From: a virus
Taxonomy: Duplodnaviria; Caudoviricetes
Reading direction: 5' to 3' (one strand)
DNA length: 53,352 nt
Virus record (IMG/VR): IMGVR_UViG_3300024518_002533
Span: 1 to 53,352 of that record
Positions 37,731-46,124 of this stretch are shown piece by piece. Made by a program: the position numbers and the translations under genes. The notes beneath the pieces are model-generated. The model saw only the letters and a program-made list of their open reading frames with translations. It did no database searches and was not told the DNA's origin. Numbering within the stretch: the stretch's first letter is position 1; the number at the start of each line of letters is the position of its first letter.

Positions 37731-39269
37731 TCAATGCGCGCTCATTGCCGAGGTACTGCCAAGCACGTTCTGCGTCAGCCAGATACCTAGATACGCCGTG
37801 ACGTCAACCTGGTCGTCGGTCTCATCGTCGGCGCCCGTCCACGTGAAAATCTCGTCTTCGTAATCGTCCAACCACGGTGGTCCAGGGTCCGGGAGAAGAA
37901 TCTTGCCCTCCTTCATACGTGTTGCCGCGTCGAACGAACGGCTCACTTTGTCTTTGCCCTGCGTCTTAAACGCGAACATTGGCAAGCCCTCCCGCTGGCA
38001 TTGCTGGTACAAGTGCGTTGACTGCGCTGTGAATTCCATTCCGACCGTGCGAACGCTGTCGCGGCCCATTAGAATCTGCTGCTTAATATTCGGGATGATG
38101 TCTGGCATTTCCTCCTGCACGCGCTCGACGTGAATCAACAACGCGTCTTTCTGCGGTGTGATTATCCAACGAGAAATAACCGTCCAGCTTGCTTTCTTGC
38201 CGATCAACGTACGCCCTGGCGTGTCCTTCGTGCTGCTCGCAGGGTCGACGATAATAATCTGGTAGCAATCCGCGATGTCGAAGAAAGTACCCGTGTCGAG
38301 CCATACCGTACCTCTTCCGTCCTTGCCGATCCCGTGATACCGCCAACGCTTTAGCCACGCGCGACGGAAACGAGCGTCAGCAACAACCGCCCAGTTTCCC
38401 GCCAGTAATTGTTCCATCGTCACCGGGTCGGACATCTCAGAAAGCTGCTGTGTGTAGTCCTCGACATCTAGAAACGGGTTGTCATGCACGAAAGCCGCGA
38501 TATGTGGCCTCGCCTGAATAATCCGACCCTTCTTTCCTATACGCGGAGACGTGAACCGTCCCGCATACAGTTGCTCTCCGGCTGGACCGCGCATTCCTGG
38601 AATCTTTCCAATGTCGTACCGTCGCTTGACGTAAAGATGCCCCCGATTCCCTGGATTGCTCGCGCACCGCACGCGAAGCGGAAACTTGGCGGTATGCCAG
38701 TAACGCTTACAGTAGTCGCACGATGGATTTCTCTGGTCTTTGTGAATCTGGCAAGTTGGCTTCCGTAATCTAGAGTTAACGACGTATTCAAATTGGTGCG
38801 GCTTGAATTGCGTAAGTTCGTCCCAGCCAAGAAAAGCGAATTCCGCCCCTTGCTGTTTAAGATGGTCGTCTTTCTGGTCCATGCCGCCGAATGCCAGCGT
38901 AGCGCCCGATGGAAACCGCCAACGCTGCCCGCCTTTCTCCTGCTTGGCATCGGTGTCCACCAACCACTCTCGAGCCCGGAACATGATGGACGATTCGTTG
39001 TCAGCATCCGCCAGCGTCAGACGAAATATCTTGGCGTGGTAGTCCTTGCAATCGACGTACTGCAGGGCTTCCATCAACAGCCAGTCGCTTTTGCCACCGC
39101 CGGCAGCTCCCCCGTAGAAGACCTCGCGAACGTGGTTCAAACACATCGCCGCGCGTTGCTTCTTGGTCGGGCGATTCGGAATGTACCGCGTCAGCCTCGG
39201 ACGAGTACGCCGGCGAAATGCTGGCGACTTTAGAACGGCTTCGCGGATCGGCGTTGTGGCGGAGATCAT
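37731..39269 (-). CDS. terL: Terminase large subunit
   Basis: Walker A YGGAAGGGKS, Walker B GWDELTQF, ASNPG, DNPFL, nuclease VDPA...DDQVD. Confidence 0.95.
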   Translation of the reverse strand: MISATTPIREAVLKSPAFRRRTRPRLTRYIPNRPTKKQRAAMCLNHVREVFYGGAAGGGKSDWLLMEALQYVDCKDYHAKIFRLTLADADNESSIMFRAREWLVDTDAKQEKGGQRWRFPSGATLAFGGMDQKDDHLKQQGAEFAFLGWDELTQFKPHQFEYVVNSRLRKPTCQIHKDQRNPSCDYCKRYWHTAKFPLRVRCASNPGNRGHLYVKRRYDIGKIPGMRGPAGEQLYAGRFTSPRIGKKGRIIQARPHIAAFVHDNPFLDVEDYTQQLSEMSDPVTMEQLLAGNWAVVADARFRRAWLKRWRYHGIGKDGRGTVWLDTGTFFDIADCYQIIIVDPASSTKDTPGRTLIGKKASWTVISRWIITPQKDALLIHVERVQEEMPDIIPNIKQQILMGRDSVRTVGMEFTAQSTHLYQQCQREGLPMFAFKTQGKDKVSRSFDAATRMKEGKILLPDPGPPWLDDYEDEIFTWTGADDETDDQVDVTAYLGIWLTQNVLGSTSAMSAH

Positions 39270-39469
39270 GCCGCCAGTCTATCGAGATTGGGCGGCAGGG
39301 CGAAAGATTACCCGCTGTTAGGCAGCTTGGGAGGTGGTGGATAGCACCACGCTATGACATCCTGCCCATAGTAAGAAAATGGACCGAATTGCCAATTGTA
39401 GCCCCGTTTATTGTTGCCGAGCGTTATTTGAATCTCGCATCGTTCTCACCTATGGTTCGCGGCTGTCAA

Positions 39470-40321
39470 CTACAAAAAACATCCGTCTTCACATTCGCCA
39501 TCGTCCTCGAATAGCGTGCCCTGCCCTTCGTCTAGATTCGCTTCGCTGAGAGGGACGCAAGAGCGGTGGGCGTACATGTTTTCCTTCATGCCGCGGCTTA
39601 CGACAGCCGTCTCGTCTCTCAACGTCTCGTCTACCTCAACCGCTCGCTTCCAGGCCTCGCGGTCGTGTTGCTTGATTTCCCGCCAATGCCTATTCGCCTG
39701 CAGGGGGCAGAACGAGCACCGCGAAGACCTCCACCCAAAACCCGACCGCTCCGTTATGTACTGCGTTGCGTCGTGGCGAGTCATCAACAGATCTTCATCG
39801 AACAGAGGAAACCCGCAGTTCCACTGGATTCCCCGCTGCTTGTACTGGGCCTGCATCCGCGTAGCCCGGCCCGATTCGTCTGTCGAAAAACCAAATAGAC
39901 TCGTGATCGTTACGTCCTTCGGTATTCGTTGCCGTGGCTTCAGCTTTAGCATTTCGTAGCGTATCCACTTCTCAATGGGGGCAATCTTGTATTCTCGCGT
40001 GCATTGTCGACGCGTGAGCCCGCCCTTCTCGCCTTCGACAAACGTCGTGTGAGCAGGGATAGATGCAAACCGCCGCTGGCCTTTCGCGGTGTAGACACCA
40101 ACTGCCAAGTCTTCACCTATCTTGCCTGCGGTAACCTCGACAATCGGCGGTCCGTCCAATGTCTTCAGCCAGTTGAGTTGCTCATATACCCACTTCGGCT
40201 CCTCCTGCGTATCGGAGAAGACAGCGTAGTCAGCTGGCTCAATCTCTCCATTAACCATCAATGCGTAGATAGCACCCGACTGCACGCCGGCCCCGAGGTT
40301 TAGAATGCGGTAATTCTTCAT
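39470..40321 (-). CDS. PAPS-reductase-like / adenine nucleotide alpha-hydrolase protein
   Basis: LNLGAGVQS PP-loop, FSDT..E, RQCTREYKI.PI, GFSTDE..R, FPL, SRCSFCP. Confidence 0.8.
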   Translation of the reverse strand: MKNYRILNLGAGVQSGAIYALMVNGEIEPADYAVFSDTQEEPKWVYEQLNWLKTLDGPPIVEVTAGKIGEDLAVGVYTAKGQRRFASIPAHTTFVEGEKGGLTRRQCTREYKIAPIEKWIRYEMLKLKPRQRIPKDVTITSLFGFSTDESGRATRMQAQYKQRGIQWNCGFPLFDEDLLMTRHDATQYITERSGFGWRSSRCSFCPLQANRHWREIKQHDREAWKRAVEVDETLRDETAVVSRGMKENMYAHRSCVPLSEANLDEGQGTLFEDDGECEDGCFL

Positions 40322-40385
40322 GCCGTTCCTAGTCTATGATTCGCGGCTGTCAATGTTTGTTTTCATTTCGTGGAACCGTAGCGAT

Positions 40386-40979
40386 TCATCTTGGCAGCCT
40401 CACCATCGCCTTGCGTCCTAATTGGTGATTAAACCCGAAACGTACCCGATACCAGCAACGGAGCGCCTCATTGTCAAGCGGTGGCTGTTCGCCCGAATAA
40501 TCGAACGGTTTGGGGTCAACAAACACTCGTAGTTTAAGATTGTCAGCCGTTTTGCAGATCTTATCGACCAATTGCGACGCAAGTCCATCGCCTCGATGTG
40601 ACGGCAACGTGTAGATCCGATATAGGAACCATCCTTTGTCTATCTCCCGCGTCAATGCCGAGCATGCGGCCATGTCGATCGACGGGTCTACGATGTCCCA
40701 AACTTTACAATCGAGGATTGTCGCCGTTAGTTTTTCTGGCTCTTCTGGCTCTTCTGGCTCTTCTGGCTCTTCTGGCGCTGCCTGTAACGGCTGACGAAAG
40801 AAGTCTGGCAACCTGTCGATTATTTCGTCGGTGAGTTCTTTCACCGCGCAACCGGGGGGGATGGTTGTGCCTCTTATGCTCAGCGTTTCCGCAATCGCCT
40901 TGCGGGGGATGCTTATGCCGTTTAGCGTTTCCGCAATCGCCTTGCGAATGTCAAGAATCGGATCTTCGTTAGTTTCCAT
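40386..40979 (-). CDS. GNAT-family acetyltransferase with (PEE)n linker
   Basis: IYT.PSHRGDGLASQL, L..WY...FGF. Confidence 0.75.
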   Translation of the reverse strand: METNEDPILDIRKAIAETLNGISIPRKAIAETLSIRGTTIPPGCAVKELTDEIIDRLPDFFRQPLQAAPEEPEEPEEPEEPEKLTATILDCKVWDIVDPSIDMAACSALTREIDKGWFLYRIYTLPSHRGDGLASQLVDKICKTADNLKLRVFVDPKPFDYSGEQPPLDNEALRCWYRVRFGFNHQLGRKAMVRLPR

Positions 40980-41163
40980 TGTTGGCCCTTGTTCGAAAAA
41001 GGTGTTGTGTTGCGCTTAAGGAAGATAGCAAGACGGAAGAGCGTACCAGCCCCCCCTACCCCCCATCGCTGAGAATGAGTTGTCAGGGCTGGCACTGAAA
41101 GCAATCCGGCTTTCACGCACCAGGGCAGGTGACCCCTATTTCCTACCACTTCCGCAGGCGCAC

Positions 41164-41253
41164 AAAAAAAGCAGAGTCGGATGCCGTTTCGCAAGGGTGC
41201 ATAACAACCCAACGACGCCCGATTCTGCTTTTCGTTATGCTTTGACCTGCGAA
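41164..41253 (-). promoter_or_regulatory. Terminator with an overlapping alternative pairing (attenuator-like)
   Basis: AAAAGCAGAATCGG...CCGACTCTGCTTTTTTT; upstream TTCGCA..GCATAAC complements GTTATGC..TGCGAA in the loop. Confidence 0.55.
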
Positions 41254-41288
41254 AGCCAGTCGTCACTGTCGTCCAATGCTCACCAATG

Positions 41289-41534
41289 TCAAGGGCGTCC
41301 TCCGTATGTTTCTTGCCACGTGCGGTCTACTAGGCGTTTTCTTGCTTGTTTCGCCTTCAGTTTATTCGCCGCGGTTGGGTTTTCCCTGGCTGCCGTGGCT
41401 GCCCTCACATGCCTAAAGCCGAGTTCATCCGTCGATGGCCGCATAGCGATGGCGACCACAACGAGCACCACGGAAAGAATGCAGGCCCCCATCATTGCCG
41501 CGATGGATCCCATGATGATGCAGAGAAGTTTCAT
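41289..41534 (-). CDS. Small membrane protein
   Basis: Long N-terminal hydrophobic segment and basic tail. Confidence 0.55.
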   Translation of the reverse strand: MKLLCIIMGSIAAMMGACILSVVLVVVAIAMRPSTDELGFRHVRAATAARENPTAANKLKAKQARKRLVDRTWQETYGGRP

Positions 41535-42253
41535 TGTTTTACCTTTCGGGTGATTGAAAGTGCAGCACCCAGGACAGCCAGCAGCGTAAACGCCGACGGC
41601 TCCGGTATGCTCATCGGTTGCCAGACTGGAAACCAGTTACGACCAGCTGTAATCGCCCCGCGCCCGTTTAGATGCAATCCATCTGCGGCGGTGCTCTCGG
41701 GTCCAATCTCGCTGAAATTGTCGATGTATCCGATCTGCTGCCCTGCGGCTCGCCTGGCGTTGATGTTGCTGAGCAGCGTTGAATTCCACTCGATCACGCG
41801 CGGCTGCTTGTGAGCCCAGCCGTATCGAAATGTCGTAACGTTGGCGACTAGGATGATCGCGCTGCTGTGGGCAAATCCATAATCAACCAGTGCGTCAAGG
41901 TCCGCCTCGATCGATGCCATTGACGCCTCGCCGGCGACGTCGTTGTAGCCGCCTAGGATTGTGATCACTTCGGGCGAGTACCGCGTTAATGCGTCCGTTA
42001 GCCCGTCCTGGTTGCTCGTCCCGGTGAGCATGTGCTCGAAGCGAAAACCACCATATCCCTGGTAGGAGTAATCGTTGCCGAGCCATGTCTGCTCAGTGTC
42101 GCCCACAAAATCCGGCGTGATGCTCGGTAGCAGATCGATCTCGAATCCTAGGCGAGTACCGACAGCGGTTGATACGCTGTCACCCGTCGAGAGGACTATC
42201 AGATCAGCATATGTGATAGATGCGAATAGTGAGAGTAGTATTGAGAGTCTCAT
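41531..42253 (-). CDS. SGNH/GDSL hydrolase with signal peptide and PEP-CTERM sorting domain
   Basis: GDSVS, GYGG, GYND, DGLH catalytic blocks; C-terminus IPEPSAFTLLAVLGAALSITRKVK. Confidence 0.85.
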   Translation of the reverse strand: MRLSILLSLFASITYADLIVLSTGDSVSTAVGTRLGFEIDLLPSITPDFVGDTEQTWLGNDYSYQGYGGFRFEHMLTGTSNQDGLTDALTRYSPEVITILGGYNDVAGEASMASIEADLDALVDYGFAHSSAIILVANVTTFRYGWAHKQPRVIEWNSTLLSNINARRAAGQQIGYIDNFSEIGPESTAADGLHLNGRGAITAGRNWFPVWQPMSIPEPSAFTLLAVLGAALSITRKVKQ

Positions 42254-42275
42254 TAGTTATCCTTTTTGAATGTCG

Positions 42276-42977
42276 TTATCCGCGCACGAGGTTGGTCTGA
42301 GGATCAGAGTCTTTCGCGTCCTGGCCGCCACAAACCACATGAAAACCGACGCCGATGGTACGGCCGCCGGGCGTGCTGAAGTTCCGGTTGGTAGCGCGGC
42401 AATCGAAGCTGCCACCCGCCCACGACCCGCCACGCAACAAGCGGCGGTTCGTCTGAGGATCAGAGTCTTTCGTCCACTCCCACACATTGCCGTGCATATC
42501 GTACAGCCCGAACTTGTTGGGCCGCTTAGTCGCCACTGCTTGCACCTGACTAACGCCGTAGACGGCATACTCGCTGAGGTCCTTATCAGGGCAACAATAC
42601 CTACCCGCGCTTCCAGCTCGGCAAGCGTACTCCCACTGATCGCAGGTAGGCAGCGAGTACGAATAGAACTCGCAAAACGCAACCGCGTCAAAATACGTCA
42701 CGTTAGTGATCGGCAGATCGTCCGCGAGGTTGTCAAATCTGCGGAGCCGATCCCACTCGTGGCCAGACTCCTCCAAGAAAACGCGCCACTGTCCTACGGT
42801 GATCGCCGTTTCTGATATTCGGTAACCGTCAACGGTGATCTCATCGCCGTCTTCCGTCCCGACCGTACCGGGCTCGATCGCAATAAATGTAGGTGATTGC
42901 CTATCGACCAATTGTTTCTCGAGGCGAGCTTGTTCGGTTCGCAATTCCGCGATCCGTGTTCGAATGTCAGCTTTCAT
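42276..42977 (-). CDS. FGE-sulfatase (C-type lectin fold) domain protein
   Basis: ITVGQW..F, P.TNVT..DA..FC, LPT..QWEYACRAG, PNKFGLYDMHGNVWEW, RGGSW, GF.VV. Confidence 0.9.
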   Translation of the reverse strand: MKADIRTRIAELRTEQARLEKQLVDRQSPTFIAIEPGTVGTEDGDEITVDGYRISETAITVGQWRVFLEESGHEWDRLRRFDNLADDLPITNVTYFDAVAFCEFYSYSLPTCDQWEYACRAGSAGRYCCPDKDLSEYAVYGVSQVQAVATKRPNKFGLYDMHGNVWEWTKDSDPQTNRRLLRGGSWAGGSFDCRATNRNFSTPGGRTIGVGFHVVCGGQDAKDSDPQTNLVRG

Positions 42978-43608
42978 TGATTTTTCCATCTGGTTCCTGT
43001 TCGACTCCGAGGAATACATGTATCAGCCCCATTGCCTTCAGCTCTTCGACCACTTCGATGCATTCTTCCGACGATGTCTGCTCGCGGAATGCAACGGCGT
43101 CGACGGTGTCCGTCTCTACTGGTGACTCTTCATCGATTTGCGGTGATTCTGCGAGCTGATGGCGTGTTAGAAAGTAGTTTCGCTGCTCTAGCTGCGCGCT
43201 GCTCTTTTCCTTCTGCCAATTGTCCCGCATCAATCGAGCGTAGCTGTTCAAAGCGTTTAGCGTTGTCTCTGGTTTGATGCTCTCATATTTATTTGCGAGT
43301 GCGAGCATATCGAGAGGGACTTGCTTTGCAGCTCCGTCGCTTGGGACCCAGTCGGGGTGCTTTCGGCGTATCTGGTTTAGCATGCCGATATCGTGCGTCG
43401 ACTCAATAATGGGTCGTTCGTCACGTTGAGAAGAATTCGAAGAATTCGGAATCACGGCAGACTCGGCTGCTCTCGCGCGATTTCTCGCACGTCTTCTTCG
43501 GAGCTTCGTCTGCTGTGAAATCGATAACTCAGGTTTGCCGTTCGAACTAGCGTTTCCCGAGCTGGCTATAGCTTTCGGTTTTTTAGCGGGTTTTTCGTTG
43601 CTAGTCAA
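42967..43608 (-). CDS. Hypothetical protein, possible terminase small subunit
   Basis: Basic N-terminus, helical core, acidic tail; upstream of terL in the same transcription direction. No diagnostic motif. Confidence 0.35.
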   Translation of the reverse strand: MTSNEKPAKKPKAIASSGNASSNGKPELSISQQTKLRRRRARNRARAAESAVIPNSSNSSQRDERPIIESTHDIGMLNQIRRKHPDWVPSDGAAKQVPLDMLALANKYESIKPETTLNALNSYARLMRDNWQKEKSSAQLEQRNYFLTRHQLAESPQIDEESPVETDTVDAVAFREQTSSEECIEVVEELKAMGLIHVFLGVEQEPDGKINES

Positions 43609-43835
43609 GTTTTATCACTCCGGAGAGATTGCATGTAGTAATCTACGGCGAACATTGCTTTCCTAGATCCTCTCATGAGCATGATCTCCTCTCCGTTGAC
43701 GTCGCGGAGGATTGCGTATGTGGATGTTGGCGCTACTGATTCGATGGGGACGTGAATTCGGTCGTAGTCGTTGGGGCGGATAGTTACCCAGCGTCCGATG
43801 TCTCTCGATGTGAATTTGAATGGTTGTATTTTCAC
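43605..43835 (-). CDS. Hypothetical protein
   Basis: Start and stop overlap the neighbouring genes. Confidence 0.55.
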   Translation of the reverse strand: MKIQPFKFTSRDIGRWVTIRPNDYDRIHVPIESVAPTSTYAILRDVNGEEIMLMRGSRKAMFAVDYYMQSLRSDKT

Positions 43836-44101
43836 CAGTTCCCCTTTTCGACTCCGTTGTATTTTAGCCTTTTCCAGCCGTGTTCTCCGAGTCTGTACCG
43901 GCGAGTGTGTTCTGAGGTTTTGTCTCGGCCCACGCGATAGCGGGTAACGAATGCGGTTTTTCCTGTTTTCAGCTGTGCGAGGTGCGCTTCAATTCGCCTC
44001 CAAGATTCGGTGGCGTCATTGCTCTCGAAGTAGCCGTTTAGCTCGGTATCACCCGATACAATCGTGTAGGTGTATTTCGTTGGGAACCTTGTTCGCGTCA
44101 T
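43832..44101 (-). CDS. Hypothetical protein
   Basis: Start and stop overlap the neighbouring genes. Confidence 0.55.
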   Translation of the reverse strand: MTRTRFPTKYTYTIVSGDTELNGYFESNDATESWRRIEAHLAQLKTGKTAFVTRYRVGRDKTSEHTRRYRLGEHGWKRLKYNGVEKGNW

Positions 44102-44386
44102 CTAATCACCAATAATTTTTGAGAACATGAGCCATAACCCACCTACCGACACAAAGATGCATACGTCGATTGCCGTGGAGAGCAAGCATGTGCACTGCTG
44201 AGATGCAATCGACGAGTTTGGTTCGCACTTGTAGCAGCGTCCGAGTTGTAGGACGGATCCGCATTCTGGACATGCCTTTACCTCGTTTGCTTGGCGTCGC
44301 TCGAGTTCCGATTGGGCGTGGAATGCCTTTTGCCTTTGGTGCCACTCAGTAAGCCCATACACAAAGTTTTGTTTATTGTTGTCCAT
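44102..44386 (-). CDS. Small zinc-ribbon membrane protein
   Basis: CPECG...CYKC plus a C-terminal TM helix. Confidence 0.55.
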   Translation of the reverse strand: MDNNKQNFVYGLTEWHQRQKAFHAQSELERRQANEVKACPECGSVLQLGRCYKCEPNSSIASQQCTCLLSTAIDVCIFVSVGGLWLMFSKIIGD

Positions 44387-44405
44387 CGTTTTTTTCTTTG
44401 GTGAT

Positions 44406-44645
44406 TTAGTTTTTCGGTCGAAGTTCCATCTTAAGCTCTGCGGCAATCGCAGACACATACCTGGAGTTTAGCGCGATATGGACGCGTTTTATATTTCCGT
44501 CTTCGTCGCTGCGGTTCATTCCGTGGAGATACCGATGGATAGTCCCTGGGTCCATTTTGATAGCCTTCCCGATGGAATAGCTGCTCCTGTCGAGCTGCAG
44601 GGCCCTCTTAGTGAGCGCCTTTCGTATTGTGTCGTTGCCTTTCAT
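44406..44645 (-). CDS. Cro-like HTH DNA-binding protein
   Basis: SSYSIGKAIKMDPGTIHRYLHG...IAAEL. Confidence 0.65.
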   Translation of the reverse strand: MKGNDTIRKALTKRALQLDRSSYSIGKAIKMDPGTIHRYLHGMNRSDEDGNIKRVHIALNSRYVSAIAAELKMELRPKN

Positions 44646-44653
44646 GCTTATCC

Positions 44654-44863
44654 TCAGTATGTGTTGATTAGCTTAGGGTCGTAAATTGCCAGCTGTTCGT
44701 CGATGTGATCGAACGTGTGACCATTGACGAAGTGACCATTGACGAAGAAATATGGTTTTCCCTGTGCGTCTTCGCCAGTTTCCAGCCCTACGAGTTTCTC
44801 GACGTACAGTACACCGTCTACGTCTTTGTATCTGATCCAAAAATCCATTGCGTTATCTTTCAT
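44654..44863 (-). CDS. Hypothetical early protein (FVNGH duplicated)
   Basis: ORF carrying a 15-bp tandem duplication at about 44717-44747. Confidence 0.5.
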   Translation of the reverse strand: MKDNAMDFWIRYKDVDGVLYVEKLVGLETGEDAQGKPYFFVNGHFVNGHTFDHIDEQLAIYDPKLINTY

Positions 44864-44921
44864 ATTCGGGAATCGCCCGAGCGAGGGGCGCCCGACATGG
44901 GCGCCCCGGTTGTTGGTTGGG

Positions 44922-45092
44922 TCAGGAGATTTGTGTAGCGTTGCCGTCGTAGACCGTCTCGCCTCCGTCGACTAGCCTAGCCGTTAGGTTTTCGGGGTCG
45001 TGCCACTCGCTTACTATCCGCTTGGCGTGCTGGGCGTCCTCAACACTGTACATTTCGCTGGCGCCTTGTTTGTTGATTAGGTAGAGTGTCAT
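44922..45092 (-). CDS. Hypothetical early protein (56 aa, not in the ORF track)
   Basis: MTLYLINKQGASEMYSVEDAQHAKRIVSEWHDPENLTARLVDGGETVYDGNATQIS; SD AAGGA. Confidence 0.55.
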   Translation of the reverse strand: MTLYLINKQGASEMYSVEDAQHAKRIVSEWHDPENLTARLVDGGETVYDGNATQIS

Positions 45093-45110
45093 ATCTGTCC
45101 TTTGGTGGTC

Positions 45111-45380
45111 TTAGAGAGTTTCAACGTCGAATAGATCTCTGTGCCTTGGCTTCCAATCGGAGCCCTTGGCAAACATGCTTAGCTGCTCGCCACTGTTGTT
45201 TTCGAACCTTGCCGGCTTCGGCTCCGTTGCTGGTGCTCGGGCGAGTGCGAATTTTGCTCTTGCTACTGCCTCGTCATCAACTGGGTTGACCAGCTCGGGG
45301 TGACCCATGTCGCAAGCTTCCAATGCGTCCGCTGCTGCTGCGTAAGTTTCAAAGCTTCCGAGGGGTGTTTCGTATCGCAT
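45111..45380 (-). CDS. Hypothetical early protein
   Basis: MRYETPLG...; SD AAGGA; directly downstream of the promoter at 45421-45449. Confidence 0.55.
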   Translation of the reverse strand: MRYETPLGSFETYAAAADALEACDMGHPELVNPVDDEAVARAKFALARAPATEPKPARFENNSGEQLSMFAKGSDWKPRHRDLFDVETL

Positions 45381-45420
45381 GGCCTTGTCCTTGTTTGAGA
45401 GTGTGTCTTGACTACTAGGC

Positions 45421-45480
45421 ATCTTATCGGCATCCGTGCCGATAGTCAATAGTGTATTTCACCAATTTGGAGATTATTTT
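45421..45480 (-). promoter_or_regulatory. Sigma70-type early promoter with a palindromic operator
   Basis: TTGACT-17-TAAGAT; palindrome TATCGGCA-N4-TGCCGATA (45425-45444); upstream AAATAATCTCC box. Confidence 0.75.
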
Positions 45481-45626
45481 CCGTTCAGTTTTTCGAGTGC
45501 CTCGATAGCCTTATATAGCTTGTCTTCGTCGACGGTTACCTGATCCGGGCGGACGTTGATGCTCCCGCAGTTGTTTCTGCTTGGAGTGACATGTTTCTGT
45601 CCTTGTGCGGGTTCCGCCCGTGCGGG

Positions 45627-45770
45627 TTACTGAGTAACGGAGATAAAAACGGTTAGAAACGGAGTACCTGGCTTGGCGATTAGAACCGCAAGAAGAAGTC
45701 GGAAACCGCCCATTTTTACGATTTGCTTTGCGTTACGAAGCGTGTTCCATTTGTTGATGACTCCTGGCAT
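45627..45770 (-). CDS. Small hydrophobic early protein (47 aa, not in the ORF track)
   Basis: MPGVINKWNTLRNAKQIVKMGGFRLLLAVLIAKPGTPFLTVFISVTQ; SD AAGGA plus the conserved leader hairpin. Confidence 0.45.
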   Translation of the reverse strand: MPGVINKWNTLRNAKQIVKMGGFRLLLAVLIAKPGTPFLTVFISVTQ

Positions 45771-45833
45771 GCTTCCGTCCTTTTTTCGAGGTCCGCTCGG
45801 GCGGTCGTTGGCGTTGTGCCTCAGATATAAGTA

Positions 45834-45881
45834 AGTATAAGCAGTGTTGCCGATAATGCAACACCAAAACGGAGATTATTT
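45834..45881 (-). promoter_or_regulatory. Sigma70-type early promoter (copy 2)
   Basis: TTGCAT-16-TATACT; TATCGGCA half-site; AAATAATCTCC box. Confidence 0.7.
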
Positions 45882-46067
45882 GGAAATAAGTTTTTCGAGG
45901 CTTTCGCGTGCGCTGGACAACGTTTCCGTGATGCGCTTCGTGCGCTGCTCAATGCGTGCCTGCGTGGCTGCTTCGGCTTCGGCTTCTGCTTGGCAGCGGA
46001 GTAGCTCAATTCGTTCGCCGGTTGCCATGTAATTCGATTCAATTGTTCTGATTTGGTTTCGTGTCAT
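45876..46067 (-). CDS. Small coiled-coil early protein
   Basis: SD GGAG; its stop codon lies within the AAATAATCTCC box. Confidence 0.55.
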   Translation of the reverse strand: MTRNQIRTIESNYMATGERIELLRCQAEAEAEAATQARIEQRTKRITETLSSARESLEKLISK

Positions 46068-46124
46068 CGTTTTTCTCCAGGTAAAAAGCACGAAGCGCCC
46101 CGAGGGGCGCGGTGGTGGTTGGTG

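Noticed and set aside
42276-43019. Complete diversity-generating retroelement
   Set aside because: No reverse transcriptase, Avd or template repeat was found in the window.
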